Assembly (NCBI RefSeq): GCF_964204865.1
Contig: NC_135260.1
Location: 7,874,001-7,938,000, forward strand
Reading direction: 5' to 3'
DNA: 64,000 bases
Source of the DNA: Styela clava
Lineage: Eukaryota
Part shown: positions 36,786 through 50,469 of the stretch, piece after piece
Numbering within the stretch: position 1 is the first letter of the stretch
Layout: each line of letters begins with the position of its first letter
Program-made: the position numbers and the translations under genes
The notes under the pieces: generated by a model
The model's database searches: none
What the model was told of the DNA's origin: nothing
What the model saw: the letters and a program-made list of their open reading frames with translations, nothing else

Positions 36786-38475
36786 TAGTGGCGCAGCCAG
36801 GGGGGTCGAAACCCCTCCCTTTTAGATTTTTTGTAAAGTGAAAAAGTTGCCGATAACACGTGCAATTGCCTTCTGCTAAAATCGCAGTTCGTTTTCATAT
36901 CAATGCGGCATGTTATTTATGCCGTGAACGCCCTTTACATTGGTGTTTATTCTCTTTAAATCACAAATTTGTGCCGCGGGAACAATGATAATTATTTTAT
37001 TTTTGTACCCGCACGGAAATGTGAAAACTGAAAAAGCGTGCAATTGCCTTCTGCTAAAATCGCCCATGTTTTCATCAGCGTGTTATTTAGGCCGTCAACG
37101 CCTTACGTCGGTTTTTATTCTTTCTAAATCATAAATTTGTGCCACGATAAACATGATAATTATTTTATTTTTGTACTTTGCACGGAATTGTGAATTATTA
37201 TACGTTCATCGGTGGCGAGGTTCTAAAGACAAAAGAAGGAGCAAAACCGCGATCTAAATCTGATTGAAAAGCGGCATTATAAAATACTGAAAATAAAACC
37301 GTAAACAATATAAGTTTTGTTTAGTCCCGGACAGTCTAAAAATGCCTTTCTAGTCGCAAAATCGCAAAATTTCGTGTGCCTACGGCGCACATTATGTTTG
37401 GTCGCCGTTTAGGAACATACCGTCACTAAAATCGAAACACGGTTAATTGTGGGTGGGATTTGCCTTTCATCCGTTACTTTAAAATTGTCGTAGAAAATTT
37501 TCCTGTTATCATTAAACAAGGTTGAAAACGCGATTTTTTTCTCGGTTTGTGATGATATATAAGATAATTAATCCGAAGTATATCCATCAATTTTTATCGT
37601 ACTGAAGTAAATTTTACTCCATGAGAATTTACAGCAGATTTACGGATTTTTCAGGAGATTTTATCTTTAAAAATAATCGGAGTGTCAGCATTGCGATTGA
37701 ACGGAGTCAATGTTACAAGCAAATCTCAAATTTATCGAATTTGCAAAATAGAAAAAATACGGATCAGAACAATATATGATAGGCGACGGGCAGTTACCAC
37801 AAATTTTTATTTTTATGTCGGCAAATGGCCGAGGTATTTTAAAATTGTGAATTGTAAATGCAAACGCTGGTAAAATTGAAGACAATTAAATTAATAAAGC
37901 AATTTAAGACATTTTAAATATGCCCTTATCGGTCACGAATTGATTACTTTGCGCAACAGAAAAATCATTTTTCGTTGTAAACGTCGGCTCTTTTAACAAG
38001 TGGCGTAATCGCGGCGATGAATATGTATTTTTGATTTAACGATATACTTCAAATGCATTTTTATTGTACAAAATAAAATTGTACTTTTCGGGATTTTATA
38101 TCAGTTATTGAGATTTTTCTAACGGCGATAACGAGTTGGCAAGATTCCAAAAATACGTAATAAAATTAAATACACCGTTTGTCTCATATTTTTATGTCCA
38201 CCGATCTCCGTGGCATTTCAGAGAACTAATATTTTAATTTTGACGTAAGAAGAAGCAACCGCGAGTTACGTTGGACAAAATTAAACTAATATATAAAGAC
38301 ATTTTAGAATTTTGTAGTTGTCAGTGATTGAATATTTCACGCGACAAGAATAATCATTATACACTGAAAAGACGTCCCTTTTACGAGCGCGTAATGCGAA
38401 GACTGTTACAGACCGCAATGGGAATTTATGATTATGACCCCCCCCCCCCTTTTGAAAATCCTGGCTGCGCGCCTG
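36786..38475. mobile_element. Non-autonomous hAT element, 1.69 kb
   Basis: Termini tagtggcgcagccagg / cctggctgcgcgcctg with poly-G/poly-C subterminals, perfect 8-bp TSD cgggcttc, and an internal direct repeat (~36860-37010 vs ~37038-37190). Confidence 0.85.
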
Positions 38476-38979
38476 CGGGCTTCCTACGTCAACTTCAACC
38501 ACTTCAGAAACTGGCCATTTTCTTTTCCCTGGTTCATGGACATATCCTAAACCATCTGAACTTTCTGACTGGACTGTGGAATTTTCTTCGTGATAAATTG
38601 TCAAAGTCCTCGATGTTCCCCTAATCATACATGATTTAACCGTTATATTCGTTCCAATTATTGCTTGTTTTCAGCCCCAGGCAGTTATCCACTGGTATGT
38701 TCTGGCTTTTATCTTTCAGTAGAAATTTTTGATGTGACAAACAATATCCAACCAGCTTTTTAAGATGTTGAGTTAACATTAATGCTAGTACGTATTAGAT
38801 TGTCTCCTACATTGCATGCAAAACAAAAAAAATGTTATGAAATGGACCTACTAGGAGTCGAACCTCAGACCTAATACCTGAAAATACCAAATAGGATCCA
38901 TTAATTTAACCAACTTATAAAGTCAACCCTCCAATGAGTAGCTTTTTTATTCCTTATTTACATACGTTCAATTGTGAAT

Positions 38980-39148
38980 CTTAATAGTGAACTTGGGGGA
39001 GCTGACTCTGATGACCTTATGGTTGTATCGCTCCGTCCAGTCTATACCGAATTAACTTGTATATTGTAATTAACTATATTGTATATATTTTTTCGTATAC
39101 CATTGTTTGTTTTCTGGTTGACGAAACAACAAATCACTCTCTCTCTCA
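38980..39148 (+). mobile_element. Probable non-LTR retroelement 3' tail ending in (tc)n
   Basis: Ends ggttgacgaaacaacaaatca(ct)n. Similar tails occur at ~18875-18910 and ~62165-62190. Confidence 0.35.
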
Positions 39149-40234
39149 CCACTAGGCATAATCTCTATTTTTTGGTGGTACATATTCATTGTCTTCACTA
39201 ACAGCCCCATTAGGTGGAAGGCGGATTCTCATTCTTATCCATTTTTTTATTATCACAGTTAACGTATTGCTGCTGACTGAATTGATAAACTAGGAAGCCG
39301 GGGAACGTCTATGATTGTCTCCGAGTACCGTAACATTTTGTAATTTCGGGCGAAAGTTAGCAAAAGTATTTTTTTATATTTATTATATTTATAATAGCTT
39401 GTGAATTTTTAACACCTTTATATATATAACATCAAAACTAATAGATATTCTTTTTTTATAATTAATACTAAAAAATATAAATAATGGTCAATCATTATGG
39501 ATTATGGAAACTACATGACGGACATATCAATGGGATACTATGGACAATACAATCAATGGAATGTAATGAAATGTTTTGTTATTTATGTATACCTGATTAT
39601 TGTTATTCATTTATTATATTATGATTTTTATTTATTGCATAATCCACATTGTGGAATCATAAAAAAAAAAAAAGTTAGCAAAAGCAATTGCCGCAGGGTT
39701 TCTCACCTTGCAGATTGCAGCAAAAGAGATAGTCGCATGATTTTCCATTTCTGCATTTACTGACTTCAGGACTTTGCGCGGCCAGGATGGGTTCTGCAGG
39801 TGGATGGGTTGCTTTCCAGGTCTTACGTTGGAAGCAGTTAGACTTATGAAAGTACCTGTAGCAATTTTCTCAGATTTCGAATTTTGTTCGTTATCGTCTG
39901 ATCGTAGGTAACTTCAGAACTTACTCAACTATACTGTTTTTTGTAATTTCATAACCAGGTTATCTGGTAGCATGCAAAGTCTTGTTTTGACCAAGGCTAC
40001 ATTAATAAGCATGACACGTGGGTAGATAAACCAAAATCTCACAGTGACTCTGGCACACCTTGCTGCTCTGGTGAATCTTGACTTGATTTCATCTTGACTC
40101 TGGATTCAAGAAAGATTTGTTCACAATTTCGAAAAAATTTTGAGCAATAATTTGTGTATCACATGCATATTTTTATTTAGGGTATTCTTTTCGGATACCG
40201 CAGACCTATTCATTCGCTAATTACTATAAATTGA

Positions 40235-43200
40235 ATGGACGCTGATGTGATAGTTGTTGGTGGGGGAGTGGTAGGTTTATGGACTGCTTATCATCTCAAT
40301 GCAAAGGGTGTAAAATCTATACTCTTTGAACAGGTGTGCAATTTGTAGTTTTCATTCTTTGAAGTCTAATAATCTAGTTTTTGTGATTCACTACCCGGGA
40401 AGTGGTTCAAAATAAGATATCCTGTTTCAATTTAGTTCCCATATCCTCACACAAGAGGAAGTTCACATGGCCAATCAAGAATCACAAGAACATCATATAT
40501 TGATAAAGAGTATGCTTCACTCATGCCTGAAGCCCACAGAAGATGGAGAGAATTAGAAAAACAGAGTGGTCGAAAACTACTGATGTATGTTGATTTTTTG
40601 TATTGCTTCAAAAATGTTGCAATATCCTAAAGACTTTACTTTTTAAGCTTGGTATATCTGTATATAGAACAGTAATTCTTGTAATCATTTATGGATTTCT
40701 CAATAACTAATACCTTTATAATAGTAAAGTTGTTATTCCTATTGATTTTACATTTTTGATTCAGTCATAATCATATCGATTTTTGTTTAGAAAGTTAGTA
40801 TTTAGTGCGGTATGACAGTATGAGCAATTGTAAACAACATTGTTTGAATTGCTGCATTGACTGTAGTCACTCTTTTCTTATTTCATTTTGAGGGCTTGAT
40901 ATCGAATTACATTCTTAAATGCAAGGATGGGATTCTCATACTTATCTCTGGGAGAGAAAAGGCGATAAGACGGCCTAATTATTTGGCTCAACCACGGCTC
41001 AGGATACTCGAAGGTTCGATGGCAACGCTTGTACGATGCTCCCACCGCCGTAAAAATTGTATTTTACCAAACTACACCAATGAGGGACAGTTGATTGATC
41101 TTTGACTGGCTGTACATTCTGCAACACATTTTGATTAGCAATGCAATATCTATAATTTTTAACATCCCAGCTTCCATATCAAATTAGCATAGACTGTTAT
41201 CTTCTCATGAAATTATGATTACCCTCAATCCACTTGATTAGAATATAATACGGTACTCGTTACCCCAGGATCTAGCTTCAATCAGAACACATTTTTTCAG
41301 AGACACCGGACTTGTAACACTGTGGGATGCTAGACAAAGTATGAATGAATTCAATTGCATGCTGAGCAATCTAAAAAAACTTGGTGTATCTCATGAGATC
41401 CTCTCCGGGAAGGATTTGGCAAAACGTCATCCTGGTTTCTCTGAGAAGCTTCAATATACCGGAATATTGGAAAGCGATGCTGGTTTGCTTCGGGCAGATA
41501 ATTGTACTGCTGCCTTGCGAGTAAGAGTTTTGTTTGGTATTGGAAGTAGGATTGACTTTTTCATATCTATCCGAAAAGAGTTAGAACTTGATAAGACAGT
41601 TTATTCTGACGACATATTGCAGCCTCCTGTTCGGCATAAGTTATCCATTTCCTAATGCATGGACTTGCAGACATTCAGTCTTGTCAATCAACTATCTAGG
41701 TGTTTTAAGTATGCTGAAATCAGAATCATGTAAACCTATTGCGTCATGCTAATTTGTTGCAACGTTCTTGCCATGCCTTGCGTGGGATTCGTGTTGCAGG
41801 ACTTCTCACTACTGGAGGATGGTTAACATAACCGTTGTTCAGCCATTGTTATCACCTCAGGTTCATGCATCTGAGACAAAATTTGGTTTGCTTTAAGATT
41901 GAATCATCCTACTGGCCTAATTGATTCATATCAGGCTTATTAGCACATTTTAATTCAAGGATGTGCTTTGTGACGTCTTATGTTGACATTGACATGTTTT
42001 GTTCGTACAAGAAAGAGAGAGCCAATGTGTTGTAAAAATTGATTGCTTGGTTTTACCTCTCATTTAATAATAGTGTTTGTTGTTCAAAAGATTTACATCA
42101 TAAATTTTTTTTTTTTTCGTTCAAGGATTGGTATACATCACATGGTGGTGAACTGCATGATAGTGATCCTGTGCTACATTTGGATGTAATCAATGATTCC
42201 AGAATCGAAGTCAAAACATCAGTGAAAACTTATCTTTGTAAATCAGTTGTATTGACTTGTGGACCTTATATCAATAGTATTTTATCAACTGTCAATTTAA
42301 AACTTCCAGTACAGGTAACATGCATTGCTTTCTTTTTTTTTAATGTGCAATCATCTTTCATCGCTATCTGATGTTTTATGATAAATTGAGAGAAATATGA
42401 TAGAAATGCAGCATCTAAATGCCTGACCATCTCTTTTTAGACGAAACGTATCCTCGTACACTACTGGAAAGATGAAACTACATCTTCTAATTATTCCCTC
42501 GCAAATAATTTTCCTGAAGTAATTCTGATGTTAAAAGGGGGAGAAACGTACTCACTTCCATCGTATGAATACCCAGGTTTAATGAAAGTAAGATTTCACA
42601 TCTGTGTTTCACAGACAAACACCTATTTCAGAAAAAATCAGGAGTTTTTTTTATGAAATTTGAACTACTTGAACCAGTGAAATTTTCAAAAATCTTTTTC
42701 TACTTTTCCAATGTTGCTTGGTATTTTAAATAAATATTTCAAAATTCAAGATATGCTATCATGGTGGATCTACTGTTGATCCAAAAGCAAGAGATTCTGA
42801 AATAACTTATGATATTGATGACAAAAATGATCGTGTACAACATCTGAAAGAGATAATTAGTGAAACCTTCCCTGGGATTGATTCATCCTCACCTGCTATT
42901 GAAGAAATCTGCATGTATACAGTGAGTTGATCTTCGAATATATTATAAGTATTAAACTTGAAGCATGCTGCATGCATATATGAATATACATACTTCTAAG
43001 GATGGAAATGAATTCCCACCCATCTGAATTGCCCTGTTGAGTGAATCTATATGATTTGTATTATTTTGTCCCAGGGAACGCCCGACTCAAAATTTATTTT
43101 GGATTTCCATCCGAATCACACAAATGTTGTTATTGGTGCTGGATTTTCAGGTATGCTTTTTTTGCCTTGCCAGATTACTGAAATTTGGCATGTGGTTCAT

Positions 43201-43555
43201 AGTACCATCTTATGTAAATAGTATCCGTATTCTACACGAATTTTTTTAATTTAATCATTTAATTAATTTTCTTAAATGTGGCCTCTTTCTCCTGGAGAAA
43301 TTACATTTATATCTAGTGCTTTTATGCAGGAAACAGCCTCTCATGCTCTGCAATCACGACTTGTGTGTCACTGTTAAAATGAAATCTATATTATACTGAT
43401 AGTGAACTTGTTTGCTTTTTTTGTTGTTAGGTCATGGTTTCAAAACATCACCTTCAGTCGGTCATATTCTTGCAAACATGGCAGTTGGGCAGAAAACTTC
43501 ATATAAATTGGAACCGTTTTCAATGAAAAGATTCAAAAATATTTCAAAATTGTGA
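40235..43555 (+). CDS. PIPOX: Peroxisomal sarcosine/L-pipecolate oxidase; exons 40235-40333, 40436-40584, 41301-41520, 42126-42314, 42441-42587, 42751-42921, 43075-43150, 43431-43555; 391 aa
   Basis: FAD-binding DVIVVGGGVVG, HTRGSSHGQSRITR, YEYPGLMK, covalent-flavin CMYT, GAGFSGHGFK and C-terminal SKL (PTS1). Seven GT-AG introns, all phase-compatible. Confidence 0.93.
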
Positions 43556-43881
43556 TGGTTCCCAATCTTGCTTTGCAAGTTTGTCATGCCTTCTGATTAG
43601 GTTTTGCTTATCACAGATAATATTTGATTGCGAATGATTACCGGTATTTACCTTGGTGAATTCAAACTCACAAATTTCATGGTGTAATTGAAAATATCCT
43701 TCACTTTCATTTTACTTGAAAGAAGATTTATTCAGGTGCTAATATTGTCATCACTCGTTTGATTATTCATGAACTGGCAGAATCTACAATCTCATGAAGT
43801 TTTTTTCTTGAATTTTTTATTAGTTGAACAGATCATAATATTGTAATCATTTTCAAATACTGTATATAGATAATTGTGCAC

Positions 43882-43887
43882 AATAAA
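43882..43887 (+). terminator. Candidate polyadenylation signal for PIPOX
   Basis: AATAAA ~330 nt after the stop codon; weak evidence in AT-rich DNA. Confidence 0.35.
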
Positions 43888-44711
43888 ACTGCACTTATGC
43901 AATCAGTACCTTAAACTTTGTCTAGGACAGTCTTAGGTAAGATAGATTATTATCGGTACCACATTAAATAAAGCTTATTGTCGTTATTGAGAACATATGC
44001 GTTAGCGACCTCCCTGCATCTTGATCTCCCCCCCCCCCTCAAGTTGCATTGGGGGAAGGTTTTTGAATTTGTCTAATAATGACAAGCATTTAAAAATGTC
44101 AAATCTCTTGAGGTTGCTTCCTGATGAATCATATTTAGCAGGGCCGGATTTATCAAAACACAATGAGGGCTGTAACCAAGGGGCCTTGGACAAACAAACC
44201 AAAATCACGAAACACACCTTGCCTATATTAAATTCATGGCTAGTTGTAAAGGGAGGTTAAATACAACAGGCGGAAATAGACAAATCGTCCATATCAGTGC
44301 TCACTACAGCCGAAGTGAATTGAAAGCGAAAGCTCGAAATTTTTTCATTTAGTCATGTCTTTTGCGCGTTTGAACGACAAGGAATACTTTTTTAATAATA
44401 ATTCTTAGGAGGTGTCAATTGTGGCTAAAATTTGTAGGAGACATCTGTTTAAGTTTAGTTTATTTAGTTTCGAAAAGTAATGCGGGGGCCACTCAAAACT
44501 CTTCTGGGGGCTACGAATTGGACGACCCTGATGTATATAGAGTATAGACAAACCGGTAAGTGTTTTTAATGGAACACCACCTTTCCCAGCGCTTCTTTGT
44601 ATTAGTACAGAGTTACAATACAATTCATGGTGCAACTCATTCAAGTATTTTGATAAACGTCGCAGTAGTGAGTCCAACGACACTCCATTTTTGCATCCAA
44701 ATGATAAATAT

Positions 44712-45160
44712 CCAGGCTTGTCCATGGGAATGGGATTCCCATGGCAAACGTCCTATTAGGCCGCGAGCCGAGGCCCTGAAAAACGCCTAGAAAGTGAGTT
44801 TCGTAGCGCACATCAGGTAACTACCTGAAAATGATTTTAAAATGTTCCTTAGAAATTTGGCAACAAATTTTGCCTTGTTCCCACTTCCAAAAGTTGCACG
44901 TTTTACGGAAAAGGCGCTTTTACTACAAGAAATATGTGCTACGATCTGTCCTATATTCTCTACATTTTCGGCAATGAACAATGACTTCTGCATGACGTAA
45001 CAATTGAATCGAATCAGCTGTTAGCGAGCGGATGAATATTAGTTATTACTGCTCGACCTTGCGTTGAGTTGGGCAGCCTTTCCATAGCCCTGTTTAGTTA
45101 TTATTAGTTAAGTTATGCTAAGACGTTGTTGAAAAATGTATAAGTAAGTTATCAAACACT
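44712..45160 (+). repeat. Interspersed repeat (ccatgggaatgggattcccatgg family); inverted copy at ~50470-50945
   Basis: 44790-45150 is the reverse complement of ~50480-50860; partial re-duplication at 45180-45247. Confidence 0.7.
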
Positions 45161-45342
45161 TGTAGATCCCTACCACGGATATGGGCCGTGAGACGAAGCC
45201 TTGAAAACGCCCAGAAAATGAGTTTCGTAGCGCACATCTGGTAACTAAGTAAATTCTTCAGTTTTGTGTGAAAATGAACATACTGAACGCATTACATCTT
45301 GTTCCACAATCCTGATGCGAAATTGAATATAAGAGGTTCCCG

Positions 45343-47246
45343 TGTAGCGAATGTGCATTGTGTAACTATGGATTATAATGTATTTTACCCTTTCATATTA
45401 ATAGCATGTAATATTTCACAAAATAGGCCGCATTATGTTTACCTCCACGTTTCAAAACTTTGAATGGTCCTTCGTAGAAGTTTTCTAGTCCTCTTCTTGA
45501 TCGGCTGATTTTAATAAAAACATGGGTACAATTTCTTAAGTCCTTTGGTACATAAGTTTTCCTTGCAGGTTGTTTGCGTGTTGGATTTGAATCGAGATTT
45601 CTGAAAAATCTTTTAAGTTTATTTACATATGTATGATGGTCGGCACACGTTTCTTCTGGCTGCGGATCCACGAATTGGCCTGGAAGGCGCAAGGTTGATC
45701 CATATACTAATTCAGCAGGGCTGAAACCCAAATCTTCTTTAACGACTGATCGGATACCAAGTAAAACAAATCCCAAATTCGGAAACCAGTCAGATGCGAG
45801 CACCCAAGCTCAAATGGAATCAAAAATTTGACCGTAACAAACCTTTCGAATTATCCACACCCTAATAAGTAAACTCGATTTCGACGCACGTTGCGAATGG
45901 TATATGGTGTGTAACTCGCAATGTATCGCTTCGTTATTACTTATTTTCATTTTATCAATTTAATCGTCTTGTATTTTATTATCTTTTCTCTTATTATTAT
46001 CCATCATAAACATAAAAACACCTTACTATAAAAATATAAATATTACAAAACCATCAAAATAAAAAAAATTTTGCGTATTTTCATTTCTTTTGGTGTATTT
46101 ACTTGTTACTAATCAATTGTTGTTTTTAGATATCATGAGTTCTTTTACTCCATACAGAATTTGATTCAGGTTCAATCTCAAGGATTCAATGGTTCAATAA
46201 TTCTTCAAATCACTCATTATTCAATTTTCAGGATTTTTCTTCCTTATTATTTTTTCCAAGTTACCTCTAACATCAATTTTACGACCTTAAACATCTAATC
46301 AACTTCAATGCAATTTTTAGAACGAAACCCGCCATTTTTTTTCCATTCCCAGTCTCTGCATTAAACATCAGAACCGTTTTACATTTTAGGGTGTCCCTTC
46401 CGGTACATCGTCGCCATTTTGTTTCAATGTATCGTTACAATTTTATTTTCAAATGTTAAACATTTCAAAGCACCACGGAGACCCTTTGAAATTTTTTTCT
46501 TGTATTTCGATTTTTTTTCTCTCTCGTATTTTCGTGCCCTCGTAAACGACGTATATTCTCTCGTATACCTTAGCCATTATTCATCATATCGTACCTTTTA
46601 TTGATTCGTGTTTTTGTTTTTAGACTTTCATCTCTCGGCGACCGGACTACAAAATTTAAAAAATTACCAAGTTAATTTTTTTTACTGTCGAGGGGGAATT
46701 GTGTAGCGAATGTGCATTGTGTAACTATGGATTATAATGTATTTTACCCTTTCATATTAATAGCATGTAATATTTCACAAAATAGGCCGCATTATGTTTC
46801 GCAACAGCGATAATGCATTCGCTCCATGTATTGCCTTTCTCGTTTCGACCAATTTGATAACGTATCGTTTCCGGTTTGCCGAGAATGCTCTATAATATTG
46901 TGTTTCTTGTACACTCGATATATGACTTGTGATCTGACCGTAATCTTACTGCATTAGGAATTAAGTGTATACAATTTTATCTGTACTTGGAATTTGGATC
47001 GTGCATCTTTTCAATAATATACAACAATTCGACAATCATCATCGTGTGCTTATTATCGTCTGAGGGAATCCAGATTGGAGTCACATTCCATAACACGTGA
47101 AATTAATAACGTGGGAATCGAACTTTGAATATTAGGGTGAACAGTCTTTATCCTTGAGATCACACCTTGTCTCCCTATACCCGGAAATTCAATAACCATA
47201 AGTTTACAACACATACATAAGAACTATGCAATTCGAGAGCCCTACA
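45343..47246. mobile_element. Rearranged Ty3/Gypsy LTR retrotransposon relic
   Basis: 98-bp direct repeat at 45343-45440 and 46702-46799, starting TGTAG. Polypurine tract gagggggaa lies before the second copy. The Gypsy integrase tail is on the minus strand. The right LTR end is uncertain (47211 or 47246). Confidence 0.75.
45441..45803 (-). pseudogene. Gypsy integrase C-terminal fragment
   Basis: W...L..VLLGIRSVVKEDLGFSPAELVYGSTLRLPGQF...CTHVF...YEGPFKVLKR. Confidence 0.85.
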
Positions 47247-47865
47247 GCACACTAACACAAATGTATTCCTGTAATGTTTTGCCTGACCAAAATCGGACTT
47301 CCTCAGTCAATCATAATTTATTAGGTAGATAACGAAAAATATGGCATACATGTATGTAACCAACAACAAAAAATACTTTAATTTTGTGACAAGAGTCGCG
47401 AGTGACCTCGAAAGCAGCGACACCAACAACGCTGATTCACATTAGCGAATAAATTTTATGTAACAACCACAAGCAGTTTACAACAAGAACAGCATAAAAG
47501 GCTACATCCATTTTATAGAAGCTTTCGAACGTATTTATTTTTAAGCAATGAAGTCACAAATTAACATCGTGAGCACAAAAACACAAATAAATCAGTTATT
47601 TCTCACTTAGAAATTTACCGGAAAAGTCAAGAAAATTAAATGAATGTACAATATGTACATAACATAGTGAACAGAAATATTACAATTAGTCTTTTTTTAG
47701 TTTATGTAGTTATGTATTTGAACAAAGGCAATATTATTTCTATAAACAGGACTACGACACTAACAAATGTCCGAAAAAAAAACAAATAAATGATACTTAT
47801 TAAATCAACTGCAATATCCAATTCACTTTCTTCTGAATTGTTTTCGAAATCCACTATCTCGATTA

Positions 47866-49211
47866 TAGGCTTGCACGTAATCCACAGATTTACGGAATTA
47901 CGGAATTATTTCGAGTTACGGAAGGGAAGTTACGAATTACGTAAAGTCGTAAATATTGGTCGAGCACTTTCACGATCGAAACGAGCTCTCTTCAAAGCAG
48001 TCAATTCCGTCGATTGTAGAAAATGAAAGTTTTAAAAAGAAGTTAAAGCTTCGGTATTTGCAGCCGTTTTTCTCACTTTTCTCTCTCTTGCCAATACGTC
48101 ACCGTGATAATTAATGTCGCGCTTATCAAACAGGAATATGACGACGGGAAAGAAATTGCGTAATGAACCAACGCAACTTCGTCTTTTCGGCATCGGTAAA
48201 GCGATTGAGACGGCAGAGAAACAACAATATAACGGGATTTCCCACGATCCGGTAAAAATCCTTTGCGGACCGTTGACGGTCCGCGGACCGGCGGTTGGGA
48301 ACCACTGTTTTAGAATACTTGAATCGAATCCAGAATCCTATCCTATTTTTATAGTTACCCGTATTTAAATAATGGGATTTCTCCACCACAATGCATGATT
48401 GAAATTTAAAAAAAAAGCTAAATTGTAGCCTAAATGTTTAATGTATAACTATCTTTGTGCAGTATTTAATTGAAAATGTCCTGATCATTGGATTATATTT
48501 AACCAAGGCAACGAGATTTAAGAATTTCGACAATCGTTTTTTTGTTTCAACAGTTCAATATTCTCAATTTAACTACTATCAAATATCAAGTATGAGCCAG
48601 TGTGTTTATTCTGTGCGAGAACCATTTTCGGAATTGGAATTTTCGGAATTGGTAATCGGAATAACGTCAATAAGTCGGCATCAATGATTATTATAAAATG
48701 CTGACTAGGTAGTAAAGTCGAATAATGTTAAAAACGGTGCAATAACAAGTCTTCGTCGCGAGGCAAGCGCAAGTATAATCAAACGAGAGAATACGCTCGT
48801 CGTGGCATTGATAAATTGGAAACCCGACATTTATTTTTAATACGATTTCAAAAAAGTCAACTATCGTTTCATAAATATCCGTATACCAGTGTCGGTAATG
48901 ATAAAATTGATTGCATAAAATTGGGAAGGTTAATTTGCGAAGGTGATAAAGGAAATCAAAGCTAGCACAAAAGATAAAAATCAGAATAAAATTAATTTGA
49001 ATTCACTCTTGTCTTAACATCTGTCGCCGGCGTGTAGTAATGCCAGGAATATGAAAACCCAAACTCGATGTCCCAATCGAAAATGAAGTGGATTCAATTG
49101 GTTGTTATGATAGGTTTAAATGTGTGAAAAAATATCGCAATTACGGGGTCATTACGTAATCGATTTTGCCGTAATTACGGAATTGATTTTTGTCAATTAC
49201 GTGCAAGCCTA
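47866..49211. mobile_element. Non-autonomous TIR element (hAT-like) inserted in the Academ relic
   Basis: 16-bp TIR taggcttgcacgtaat / attacgtgcaagccta with ttacg subterminal repeats. Flanks share atctcga. A nested MITE end ...gggaaccactg lies at ~48308. Confidence 0.75.
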
Positions 49212-49560
49212 ATCTCGAAAATCGACTTTTCCTCTATAAGTGTACTGTGATTTTTGCAGTCAATACAAAAACAAAAATCTGTGCAATTTAAGTTGATTTT
49301 GGCACACTTGCATAAATTATGTTGACTATTTTTCTTACACTTGCAGTTTGCCAACTCAAGAACTGATTTGAGGGCCACATGCTTCTTCAGTGAATCATTG
49401 TTGGGTGGAGAGTATAATCCTTATGTTTGCCAGTGTTAAATAGACGTGCCCTGGTATCATTTACATTCTTCATATCCTCTTCATACAGTGAACAAACAAA
49501 TTCCTCAGCTTTATTTATTAATGCTTCGTTAACCTCAAAAGATCTTCATAGTTGAAAAAA
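49212..49560 (-). mobile_element. Academ (XPG + Cys8 type) transposase C-terminal relic; acidic tail continues at ~47795-47865
   Basis: Minus strand reads KAEEFVCSLYEEDMKNVNDTRARLF..TLPPNNDSLKKHV then SVLELANCKCKK...CKCAKINLNCTDFCFCIDCKN (Cys8 finger). Confidence 0.6.
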
Positions 49561-50469
49561 AAAATGAATTGAAAACCTCAATGAAGTCTCCAACATGAGT
49601 TTGATGGGCAGTTCCAATTGCAGAAAAGTGCTAAAGTATTTCAATATGAATAGCCCATCTAAGCTGTTTGCAACTATTTTGATTCTCATATACCTTTACG
49701 CTTCAAGACTTCTTGTTTTATTCCATTTTATAGCACTGATAGCAGCAGGGATTAGAGCCTGCGTTAGGTCGGATTGGTGGAACATTGCCGTTTTCTTTTG
49801 TAGTAGAGTATCTAAAATGAGGAAGAAAATCATATCTGGAACAGCATGAGTGTAAAAATACCACTAAACACTAACTAATACCTTGAATACATAATGCATT
49901 TTATCTGATGTACGGTACTCAATGAGCGTATATATGCTCATTGCATGTACTACAGTCCAGCAGTGTTTGCATACCATTACTAGACTATATCTACACTAAA
50001 TTTTGATATATCACAGTCTGAAATGCCCTATGACAGTATGAGTATGGACTATAGACTATATTTTAAAACATCAACTGTCTGTCTACAACTTGATTTCTCA
50101 CCTCTCAATCGTTTCCAATGCTACTTTCTTTCCACTCCGGCATAACTTATCATTGCTTCCCAGGTTCTTGTCGACTCTATGAATTTAGATTTAGACCAAC
50201 CGACATTAGTAAAATTGATTATTTTCTTCTCTTTCACACAACCGTGCATTACAGAAACAGCCATTAATTTCTATTTCCAAATATGCTGTGGCCTATTAGG
50301 CCTAGTCAAGAAGAGTCATTAAATTAATCATAAACATTTCATGCAATCCAGAAAATATCGTTGTTTGTGACATATTATTCTACGTCTAGCCTTCCTTGGA
50401 GTTACCGCACGGTACCTATTTAACAACGTCTTATGAGCTAGTGCTCAACTAAAATTGCTATTTATGGTA

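Noticed and set aside
39497-39763. Tyr/Gly-rich ORF MDYGNYMTDISMGYYGQY
   Set aside because: Lies in AT-rich low-complexity sequence with no splice or homology support.
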